Shown piece after piece: positions 1 to 11,149 of a stretch of 64,000 bases of DNA. The DNA is from Rhizophagus irregularis (taxonomy: Eukaryota): positions 1,364,001-1,428,000 of the forward strand of contig NC_089431.1 of assembly GCF_026210795.1 (NCBI RefSeq). Direction: 5' to 3'. The translations under genes and the position numbers were made by a program. Within the stretch, counting starts at the first letter, position 1, and every line of letters begins with the position of its first letter. The notes under the pieces are model-generated. The model had not been told where the DNA came from, ran no database searches, and was given only the letters and a program-made list of their open reading frames with translations.

Positions 1-64
1 ATTACATTAAAATAAAAACTAAAAATTCCTAAAAAGAATTTTTTGATTTTTTTTAGAAATTTAC

Positions 65-612
65 GTATTCGGATCCACACGATGTTGATAATAAAGATCA
101 ATATAATCCACTCCTAATCTTTTTAAAGATCTTTCACAAGCTTGTCGAACATATTCACGTTTTCCTGATACTTCGTAAGATTGATCGGGTTTACGAATAT
201 AACCAAATTTTGTACAAATAAATATTTTGTCACGATGTTCTTTAAGAAATTGCGAAAGTAATCTTTCGTTATGACCATCAATTCCATAGATATCCTAAAT
301 AATTTTGTTAAAAATTTACTGAAAATTATGGGAGGTTACATTAATTACATAGTATATATGCATGTATTAATACTTGCAGAAGTATCCCAAAAAGTGCAGC
401 CTATTTCAATTGCACGATTTAAAACTTTTAAACTTTCGGTTGAATCAGATGTTCCATAAATTGCGCTAGTTTCCTTTCATTTTTTTGGAAAGATTAAATA
501 AGATTAAAACTTGGTAAATGGATATAAAGATTATTAAATTTTATACCATGCATCCTAAACCGATAGCTGGAATCTTAACACCAGTTTTACCAATTTCACG
601 AAGTTGGACCAT
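65..612 (-). CDS. Aldo-keto reductase, 5' part (continues beyond the left edge). Exons 612-547, 473-378, 294-65
   Basis: Spliced translation: MVQLREIGKTGVKIPAIGLGCM|ETSAIYGTSDSTESLKVLNRAIEIGCTFWDTS|DIYGIDGHNERLLSQFLKEHRDKIFICTKFG...CERSLKRLGVDYIDLYYQHRVDPNT. It shows the AKR catalytic D-x4-Y, the TK lysine and the SLKRLxxDYIDLYYxH signature. Intron 2 has a GC donor. Confidence 0.93.
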
Positions 613-978
613 TTTATACGTATTATGTAAAAATATTTTCCTTTTTTTTTAATTCAATGAAAGTTTTTTTTTTAATAAATTCCCGTAATAAAATTTATTT
701 GCTATAAAAAAGGGGCGAAACTTTTATATTGCTCAAGGCGGTGAATTGTTAATCCGAAATTTTATTATTTTATATTATATGATTTACGGACGAGTCCCGA
801 GACCGTTCGGGCATGTGATTTTGTGTTCCGGATATTCCGAACCGTAATCTTTTAAATTCAAAACTGCTAAGCTGTCTGGACATTGGATGGAATTGCGAAG
901 TATATGATAAAATATAGGTACAATATCGCTATCATATACGATTTGGTAATACTATTATAGCATGGTTGTTTACTTACA

Positions 979-1153
979 CCCTGTAAAAAAGTCGATCCGT
1001 TTTTTATATTCCATCCTTTTTCCGTAAAAGGCTCATATTTCCGGAATTAGTAATCTTATATCACGGAATTTATCGAATTATTTACATTTTCCGTGAATGG
1101 ATCCGTGAAAGGCGGAGTTTTTACAGAAATAACGGATAAAATTTTTTATAGGG
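979..1153. mobile_element. 175-bp MITE with CCC...GGG termini and 3-bp TSD (CMC/CACTA-like)
   Basis: The left end CCCTGTAAAAAA matches the reverse complement of the right end, CCCTATAAAAAA (11/12). ACA flanks both sides (976-978, 1154-1156). Subterminal ATCCGTT/AACGGAT are also inverted. Confidence 0.75.
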
Positions 1154-1664
1154 ACAATTATGAACTAAATATTAAAATAAAAAATTATAGTTGTAATATA
1201 CCGAAAGTTTAATGTAGACCAATTGATTTTGAAGATTAGAAAGATATTCTGTATTTAGTTACGTTACGACCAAAAATAAAAGGATTCTTAGTGAAAGGAA
1301 TCAAGTAATTTATAACTCACGTATTATATTGAAATGTATAGCTTTTAATAAAAACAATTTCAAATATCGCTGCTATGATGAAATCACTACCAGTGATAAT
1401 TATAATTAGATAATAGAAATAGTTATTTCACGGGAAACCGGTAAATAATTGATCATCACGGATAAGATCAAGGCTGATCTATGTAATAACTGGTTTATAC
1501 CACGGAGACTAACGTATACAATTTTAAACCAATTTTAAACTGATGAAACTTTTTTAGCTTATCCTTTTTAAATAAACATCATCCATAAAAATATCAATAA
1601 GAAAATCACGGAAAACGTGGTATAATTTTAAATAAGCATTCAAAAGTTATTGCATATATATATA

Positions 1665-1759
1665 TGTTGTGCGTCAGATGCTAGCCCATTATCGGCCCAA
1701 TATTATAATGCCTTAAGTGGGTTAGCCAGCATTACTAGGCCAGCCGTTCATCGGTATCA
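1665..1759. mobile_element. Short TG...CA element between (TA)n runs; left end matches the 52810-52990 element
   Basis: Starts TGTTGTGCGTCAGAT (14/15 to TGTTGTGCCTCAGAT at 52810) right after a TA run. It ends in CA before TATATA. The right end does not match the left TIR. Confidence 0.45.
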
Positions 1760-4700
1760 TATATATTTATTAAAAATTAGGTAAGTTCTAAAGTTGCATT
1801 CTATAATATAAGCTTCAAATAAATAGTAAATAGTGAAGTTTATATTTGAAGGAACCTTTGGTACTTTTTTTATAACTTATGAGTACACAACTGATATCTG
1901 TGAAATTATAATACTTCAAAGATATAATATATATAAATTAAATAAAGAACTGTAATAATAAGATCAGTTTCATTATTCTATTATACATGCTATTAAAATC
2001 ATAATAATATATTTATATTATTAATATTGATTAACATAAATTAATTAATGTAAAAACTATTATATAATATTTATATTATTATATAGCTATAAAGTAATAA
2101 ACTTTTTCTTTTTTTATATTCTTATTAACTAGAAATCAATTAACAATATTACTTTATTATTATAAAAACTAGTAATTTAAATATTTAATTAACTTGATAT
2201 ATAATGAAATTTTATAATATTATATACAATTAAACTATCAATATTGGTTTAATTCAAATGGTTTAAGTTAATATTTATTGTAGCTTAATTTATTATATAA
2301 ACTTAGCTTTGCTGTTTTTGCATAGTTTTTCAGACTAAATTTAAGTTATACCCAAGTTTGGTTTAATAAACTAGCTTATATATATGAAATGCTAAATTAA
2401 AAAGATTTAAGAACTGAAAAGATTACTTTATATTCCAATTCAAAAAATATTTTTTTACTTGCCTTTTTGTACTTCTTAAAGAATGTATTTGCTTTTTAAA
2501 ATTATAGCATTTTCAAAAGATTATTATTTAAATTTTTATGGAAATAATTTTCATTACATTTAATTAGATAATCTGAAATATTTTATTTTAATAGCTTTCT
2601 TTTAAATATTTGTATATCTGTTTGATATAAGTCTTAGATTCAGTACTAAATAGGTATCAGAAAAATATATTATTGTAATACCAGATAACTTTGTGTGACA
2701 GCATGTGATCTGTTAGGTGACTTAAGTCATGCAATTTCCGGCATATTTATTAATTTTAAATTCAATAAGGCTTCAGTTTAAAAAAAATGTTGCTTATTAT
2801 GGTCAAAATTTAAACTTATGTGATTTATCCGAAAAGGTGGGGTTAAAATTGTAATTGTTCCCAACCTTTTTTTGCCATGTAGGATTATCAACTTTTCTGC
2901 GTATTAATTTTAAATTCACGTGTAAATTATTAATGATATTACTAAAAATTCGCTACAATATCTTTTACTGATGCTAATGATATATTCTATCGATATGAAG
3001 TCCCTAAGACACAAAAAAATAAATTTGGTATTGATGTTAATGTATAAGGAGTTAATATCTGAAAATAATTAATTTTGTGTTTGTATTAGGAGAACCCTGA
3101 GTGGATGATTCCTTTCGACCATATGATCAATATAAATCTGTCAATTATTTCCAAAAAAAATAGCATGGACCCATGGGTGCAGGGCACATAATGTATACCA
3201 AATTTATGCATGCCCCTATCTGCTATGAACTATCACCCACGCCCTGTCATATCTTATAAAATTCACGTGATTTATGTTTATGTGATATTATGTAAAATAT
3301 TATTACTATTATTTATTGAAAATTTATTCCGGTTCCTGTCTATATTATATAAAAATTATTTATTGAAAATATCCATCAGCGACGCATTTATAAAATATCG
3401 AATATTCTTGCATTTCTTTCAGGTTTATTTCAAAATTTGATAAATAGAATAAATAAAGTTCTTGAAATCTATTAAAAATATGTAAATAAAAATATATATA
3501 TGGTATATTCTTGATAAGAAAAACTGGAATCAAATCCGGATCTACCAAAAATATTTATGATCGATGCTTATAAATTGTTCCGAGTTCTTTCTCTCTCTCT
3601 TTTTTTTTTTATTCTTTTTATCCTTTATGATTTTTATTTTGGGTTTGTTTATAAACATTATCTTTGTTTAAATGTTATTGTAAAAAACCATAACGGAATT
3701 ATTAAATAATTTTACTTGCTGATAAACTTGAATTGTACAAGTTTTATTTTAGTAATTGAAAATCACATGTCACCAAACTCGCGTAATATTTTTAGTAAAT
3801 GATATTTTTTTTTTGGCGTGACAAAGATTTTATCAAAAGATGAAATAATAGATGAAATCATCATGCTTCATCGTACTTCATCGATACTATATAATTTCTT
3901 TGTAATAATAATAAAACATCATAATCAAGGAAAAAATCAACGTTAGAATCGATGTTGTTTCATTGGTTTCATCGGTATTGAAATCAAAGCATATGGTCAG
4001 ATTATTCAATATATTAAAGAAAAATTATAGGTTTAGTTAAAATATTTTTATTTTTTGTTATTATTATTTATTTATGTATCGACAAGTTGCATACTATGAC
4101 CTTCTAAATTAAAATTTTTGTGGTTGACCACTAGGACTGTTTACTATGAGGCCCGTTGTTCAATATAAGCAGGGATAAGCACAATGACCTTATACATGTA
4201 ACTTGTAAGATATTTAAAATATTTATGAAAATACGTAAGATAGTAATTGCATATCTAAAATGAAAATAAACCATGATAATTATATCATTAATAGTTTTAA
4301 ATTTTCACAAATATAATTGTGATGTAAATCTAATCTAAAAGTAGGTTATTATTTGGAGTCCCGGTAACAATTGTCAATTAATGTGTAATAATAACAATCT
4401 GTTGAAAATTTACAAGATAGGAAATTGTGATAAATTCCGAAAAGAAATTCTTTTTGTTACGAATAACAACATAACAAATATTGACTAATACTTTTGATGT
4501 CGGTATGATTTGTATCTCATATTTTCGGGAAAACACTAATTTTCCGTTTTGATATCATATTGATATATATTGATATAATATAAATACAAACTTCATCCCT
4601 TTTTTTTTGTTTTTTGAAAGAAAGTTTAAAACTTTTTAGTATGTAATATAATCTAAAACCTAAATCAATAAACCTCTTTCTTTTCTTATTGAAACGTCGA

Positions 4701-5082
4701 AAATTAGACTTTTTAAGCCAATAATATCATTGCATTTCAAGCAAGTTTCAAAAAGAAAGTTTCGGGAATTTAATGGTAATATTTCTAAGTTTAGATATTT
4801 TAGGGGTGGGAAATTAATCTGAAACAAAAAAAAAAATTTCCTGTTTCTTAATAGTTATATATTTGTATTCATTCAGATAAAAAGGATAATTCAAAAGTTT
4901 ATAATAACGAAAAAATCTTCGGCGAGGACTGTGGGGTTTTTATTCATTTATGCATAAGTGCATTGTATTAATTTAACAAAGGTAATTTAAAATTCCTGTA
5001 CGCGATAATGCATATATTTTCTTTTATATATAAATTGAATTTTTCCGCCCTTGGAAATAGATATAGTATCAAAAAAAAAAAA

Positions 5083-6777
5083 ATGTTTTCAAATTTTATG
5101 TCATTTTTTCAATGTGCAGCAAAGAATTTAAAACGTTCCTCTTCTATATCCTCCTCCTCTTGTTGTAGACAACAATATAAACGTAATATGATTTCAGGAA
5201 CAAATATGTCAAAGTTATCCGCAGCATTCCGGCCTTCTGCGCCAAATGATAGAACATTTAAATCTGTTAGTAAAGCTAATGAATACTTTGCTAAAAAAGA
5301 ATATAAATTAGCTATAGGTAATTATAAAAAATGATTTTTCTCATTACGAAAGATTTGTTAAATTAATTTTAAACTTTTTAATTTTTAGATGAATATACAA
5401 AAGCATTAACATTAGCACAACCAAGTTTAGATAAAAAAACCGCAACAGCATTTTCAGCATTAATATTTTCAAATAGAAGTGCAAGTTATTATCAATGTAA
5501 TAAATGGGTTGAAGCTGTTAAAGATGCAGATCAAGTGATTCGTATAAAACCTGAATGGCCAAAAGTAAATTCTTAATGATATATTATTCTTTATATTTGA
5601 GTTTTTTTTTAAACGATTATCCATTTTTAGGGATATTTTCGAAGAGCCGAAGCAAATTTAAAACTTGGAAAATATGATGAGGCTTTAGAAGATTATTATA
5701 CAGCACAAAGAAAGGACCCTCAAAATCCACAAATAACATTACGAATTGCCAAAGCTTTAATATTAAAAGATAATCAAGATATGAGTAGGTTATTTACTAC
5801 TATAACATGAACTCGTATTCCTAAGATTTGACCTAATTTTCAAAAATTTTTTTTTTTTTATTAATAAAGAACTAGAAATTTATGCATTAGAACCTGGAAA
5901 AGATATATGTTTGCATACAAAGACAAATCCTATACAAAATAAAATATTTGATTTTGCAATCGATATGAAAAATATAATTTATATCATAGCAGATCTTGAA
6001 ACACGTAAATGTGTAGTTATAGATGCAGTAAGCAGACTTTAATATGTTTAATATGTTTGATGTGTTTTATGAAAAATTATATAATTTTAACGTTTAATTA
6101 ATTCATTCATCTTTTTTAACTTAGTGTTGGGATGTTGATGGAATATTGAGATTTATTAAAAAAAAAAAATTAGACCTTGTTGGAGCTATTGTAACACATT
6201 ATCATTTTGATCATGTAGGAGGTAAATAAAATATTTTAATTCCTATTTATCAAAGCGAAATTTTAAATAAATATTTTATTATATGATTTTAGGTATACCA
6301 CCATCTCCATATGATCAATTTCGTATAAAAGTATCAGGAATATATAGTTTAATGCGTCGTGTACCAAAGTTATCAGTATATATAAATCCAGAAGATATTC
6401 CACATGTATTAAAATCAAATCCTGGAATGTCAGAGTTGAAAAGACGTATAATTTCAACACCAAATAAATTTACATTAAAATTAGGTAATTTAACAAATTT
6501 ACAATTTATACATGTACCTGGACACACAGAGGGTAGTCAAATTATACTTGTCAATGAAACAAGATTATTCACTGGTGATACATTAATGGTTGGGTGTGTA
6601 GGTAGAATAGATTTACCTGGTGGAGATATTAAAGAAATGAAAAAAACTTTAAAAGAAAGATTAAGTGATTTGGAGGATGGTACTGTTGTATATCCTGGTC
6701 ATAATTATGGTGGAGAATGGACTACAATTGGTATGGAAAGAGACAAAGGTATTATTGGAAAATTTAAAAGAAAGTAG
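5083..6777 (+). CDS. TPR-repeat + metallo-beta-lactamase-fold (glyoxalase II-like) fusion protein, ~434 aa. Exons 5083-5317, 5389-5564, 5631-5784, 5870-6027, 6125-6221, 6293-6777
   Basis: GT-AG splicing gives 1305 nt in frame. TPR region: KANEYFAKKEYKLAIDEYTKAL...IFSNRSASY...AVKDADQVIRIKPEWPKGYFRRAEA...YDEALEDY. MBL motifs: IDA, THYHFDH (HxHxDH), HVPGHTEG, LFTGDTL, GRIDLPGG, VYPGH. Confidence 0.92.
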
Positions 6778-7347
6778 AAAACAAAACATTTGGTTATATA
6801 TTATAGAATAAGAGTGGACTTTTTTTGCATTTATTAAAATAATTCTTTCTTCAATTGTATTTATTATCAAAAACCAAAAAAAAAAAAATAGCATAATTAT
6901 ATAAAAGTATATACATAGTAATTATTAGCATTATTAATTTATTTTTTAATTTCTCCTTTATATTTTAAATATTCTTGTATTATATCAACAATATTTTATT
7001 AATAATACATAGAAGTATATTTTACATAATAATAAAATATACATGCATTATACAATCCAATCCATGATTAAGTAATCTCTATGAATTATTATTTTATAAC
7101 AGTTCTCTTTTTTCTTTTATAAATATTAAAAAGATTTTTATTATAAATGTTAGAAATTGAATTCATTTGGATTGTCTTATAATCTTAATAGAAAAAAAAG
7201 ACATGATACTAAATATCGTAAAAAAAAAAATACTGACATACTTTTTTGATTAAAAATATTTTTTAAAATCATTAGATAAATATTTTATAATTAGTTGTTT
7301 GAGCATGTTTGACGTACTGATACAATTATAACTAGGATTACTGTATA

Positions 7348-7456
7348 CAGTCAGAACTCGATCTCCGTTTCATTAAAAAACACTATATCGAAATTCAAAA
7401 ATCGGTTTATCGTGAAATTCGTTATATCGCATAGTCGTTATATCGAGCTCTGACTG
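7348..7456. mobile_element. 109-bp Tc1/mariner (pogo-like) MITE
   Basis: TA|CAGTCAGAACTCGAT ... ATCGAGCTCTGACTG|TA, with a 14/15 TIR match and a TA TSD. Confidence 0.85.
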
Positions 7457-7661
7457 TATAGTACTAATTTATTAATAATATATTTATGAAATTCAAATAT
7501 CAAATATAAATTAGATCTGACTCGCCCACCAAATCATTTAGGGCACACTTCCTAAACTTGCGTTTCCCATTTTTTTACAGTCATGCTTTACCTAAGAAGT
7601 TTCTAACTATAACTTGAGGTGAATGGGTGAAGGATTTACCTTTACAGCTAATTTCAAAAAG

Positions 7662-7831
7662 GTCGGGACATTTAGCAAATTTTAAAGAACTCGGAAATAT
7701 TCGGTAAAGCTCAAAAATAAGATAAAATAAATTATACCACCATTCTCGGAACAGTACTCTAAAATTAGCGTATAAATATCAAGCTTTATCGAATATTTCC
7801 GAGTTCTTTAAAATTTGCTAAATGTCCCGAC
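7662..7831. mobile_element. Foldback/MITE-like element with 50-bp inverted arms
   Basis: 7662-7711 and 7782-7831 are reverse complements at 49/50 positions, with a 70-bp spacer. An outer inverted pair TTACAGCT/AGCTGTAA is also present. No TSD resolved. Confidence 0.8.
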
Positions 7832-8434
7832 TCCCGACCCAGCTGTAACAGTTTTTCCAGTATTTGTCCGCAAATATTTGTCACGAGATTAATTTCTTGA
7901 TGCCCAGCCGAACGTCATAATGCCGGTCAATTTTGGTGGGGAGTGTTCATTCTTCCGAGGGCCAGAATTACATAATTCCAATTGCTGTCAGTGAATCTCC
8001 TTATCAACTATTGGTCAACCTGTTTGATATTTACGAATTTAGAATATTGTACATTTTATTTTAATTTTGAAAAATGAATATGTTCAATTTTGCATATGCA
8101 ATATTCCTAACTAATAGTTTATTGAAAAATGCTCTTTCCAACTTAATCAACGTCAATAACGCGAATTACATATATTACATTAACGAAATTATATTACAAC
8201 AAAGGTAAATTATATTACAATAGCGCCCAAATTGTATTTCAATATAATGAACGCATATTAAAAAAAAAAATTAAAAAAACAATCGTAAATTCGTTACATA
8301 GTCCCATCCTAAATTCAAGGAGAAACGCATATATGCAAAAGACCCTTTTAAAAAAATTCTCGCTTCGCACGTTCAAAAATTTTTTTTTTATTTTATTAAA
8401 CTTGTGATCGCCTCGGTTATAATGCAGTTTCATG

Positions 8435-10312
8435 TTAGTCATAAATCCGGAATTGCAATGAATTTGAATGCATCATAGCAATATCAAATTTGGTATCTTC
8501 CATGTTATCAAGATCCTTCGTGGCATCATCATTTATCGAACTTATAAATGATTTGTTTAATCCGAGCGTATTTAAATTTTCAATATCGCTCATCTTAGTA
8601 TCTGATTCATAATCATTACTCTCAAGCTGTGCTATTTGAGTTACTTTCTTTCGAGTTTTCATTCGATAATGAATATCAAGTGTATAATCATTAACATCTC
8701 TTGAAAACTTTTCTTCGGTTGGATTCATACGTTCGGTACTTTCTTCCCAATCTGTATAAAGTCGACCTGCAAGATCTTCCATGTCTACAGTATATTCTTC
8801 CTGAGGAAAGTTCTTTGGAATATATATGTATTCCCCTATATTCAATGTTTTTTTCAACCTTTCATCATCTTCGCCCATTCCCAATTTCTTAAATACGTCG
8901 TCCCCTTCTTCTATTCTAACATACATATCTCCAGTAAACTGAATTTGATCGTGTTCAATCCTATAAATAGTAACGATTCTAAAAAATTCCCTTTCCTGAG
9001 ACGATAGTTTATCATCTTCTATGGTCAACCTGATTAAATCATTCGTACGAATAACTTCAGTTCCAAACACCACTTCGCAATAATGTGGATATTTCTTTGA
9101 TTCTTTTATTCTCTTTTTTTGTTCCTTGTCTTTGATCGACGTTATATGATGATTGTCTACTTTGAATTTATACTTCTTATTCGTCACGAATGATTTCTGG
9201 CAAGTAGTAGCAATGTTAATTGCTTTATTAAAAGGATCATTTATATATGAATTGTTACAATAACTTGTAATAGTTGGTTCAACTTCACGCACAATCCATG
9301 GAATCAACGATGACTCGGGGTAATATCTTATTCTATCCAAGGCCAAAAGTTGTACTTCATATATTGTCTCATTTATTTGTGAATGATCTGATGATATTTC
9401 TCCCTGTTCACTAATATTCATCACATATCCTGGCCAATTATAATACTCGGCGATATCTCTTTTATTGAACGACTCATCAGAAGTTGGAATCATCAGATTT
9501 ACATTAGGACCGACCACCCAGACAATTTCTCTGGGACGATACATTGGACCAAAAAGATGTGACAATGTTTCACGGTCACGATCAATTTCTTTATCTTGAG
9601 TAGTAGTAGTAATAGATTTTTTATTTCTATTCCTTTTATTACAATATTTACATATACAACTTCCATTTTTCCCTAAATATAACCACCGAAAATGTGGTAT
9701 AAACTCATTTTTTGATCTAAAACGACTTCCTCTGGGTAATCCTGATCAAATTTTAATTTCGATAAGTTTTTTTAATAATTAAATAAAAAAAAGAAAAAAA
9801 AATTATATATAAAAAGATTTACCAAATAAGTATATATCAGTTCTCTCAATTAATCCTTTATTATTATTTTGAACATTATGCACGGTAGACATAGGTAACG
9901 ATTCACGATCAATTTGTGATGATGCAGGAAGTTTCGCATAGAAAAAAAGCTTATATCCAGGGGGGAAATCCTGTAAGATAAAAGATTCTATATTGATCAA
10001 GTAAAGGACAGTAAGGATAGTTGGATAGGTTAAATCACAGTTTAGTTTAATCGAAAAAAACAAAAAATTCGAAAAATTTGAAAATTTTGAAAATTTTTTT
10101 TAATTCATACCATTAGTCTTTTCGATATCAGAAATAACATCTCCAAGGGTTTCCAACCATTGTCTGTAAACTGGACAGTCTTTATCAACTTCATAAAAGA
10201 AAAGCGCATGGTTTCCATTTCTCATGCGAAGGTCAGTATTTGGCCATGTTGATGAATCACCATCTGAAGTTGTAACCTGAATAGAAGTACGTTCAACTTC
10301 GTAGTCGTTCAT
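8435..10312 (-). CDS. clr2: Clr2-like (cryptic loci regulator 2) transcriptional silencing protein, ~557 aa. Exons 10312-10111, 9987-9823, 9741-8435
   Basis: Spliced CDS is 1674 nt in frame. The N-terminus SDGDSSTWP...WLETLG...FILQDFPPGYKLF...RTDIYLFGLPRGSRFRSKNEFIPHFRWL...CICKYC matches the Clr2 N-terminal domain pattern. YRPREIVWV and FGTEVIRTNDLIRL match the Clr2 C-terminal (BAH-like) region. Confidence 0.82.
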
Positions 10313-10889
10313 TTCCGTATTAAAAGAAGAAAAAAAATCAAAAAAAAAATTTTTTTCTTATGAGAAAGAAAGAATTGATCAGATTATAAATATTTACACG
10401 GTATTTGATTAATTTAGCTGATCCGCATTTCGCATCCTGGTACTTGTATAAATAAGGTATCATCTCATATGAATAATGAGAATTTACGTGAACAAGTATG
10501 ATGAGTTGTTCAACCTTGTTTGACTTTATAGGAATTTAAAATATAAGTAAAACTCGTGTAAAATGTGTAATCGTGGTTTTAGAAAACGCGAATTAAAAGT
10601 GATAAATATATTGTATTATGTAAAAAGTAAAGTAAAGTAAAGTAAGGTGTGGCAATTTTAATGACGCGAGACAAGTTGACATCATGATGTCACCTATGTT
10701 ACCTATGTTTATAATGATAATCCAGAAAATCTTTATGTAATTGATTAATGAAAATGGATAATAATTAAACCAAATTCCAAAAAAGGAAATCAATGTTTAT
10801 AACAAATATACTATGTAAAAAAAAATATGTTTAATATATTATAAAATAATAATTTTTTTTATTAATTTTTTTTTATAAACAAGTATTAC

Positions 10890-10998
10890 GACTCGATATA
10901 ACAATGTATCCGGATTAATGAAAAAAGGTTATACCGTATACCGATATTTATACGATTTCAAGATCGTGAAAAAATAGAATTTTATCGTTATATCAAAT
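10890..10998. mobile_element. Degenerate pogo-like MITE remnant
   Basis: Inverted pair CTCGATATAACAAT ... ATCGTTATATCAA resembles the subterminal CGTTATATCG motif of the 7348 element. The termini are eroded. Confidence 0.4.
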
Positions 10999-11149
10999 TT
11001 TTAAAAACTATTCGAATGTAAATTACTAATAACTATTCGAATGTAAATTATTATGATCACAAAAATTACAAATATATAAAAACATTAACTACAATAGGGC
11101 AAAAATTATAAATAATCTAAAAATTAATTCATTAAATTATAATATCATT

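Noticed and set aside
271..459. 62-aa plus-strand ORF
   Set aside because: Antisense shadow of the aldo-keto reductase exons and intron.
3180..3246. CAGGGC...GCCCTG as a possible hAT-like mini element
   Set aside because: Only a 6-bp inverted match and no TSD.
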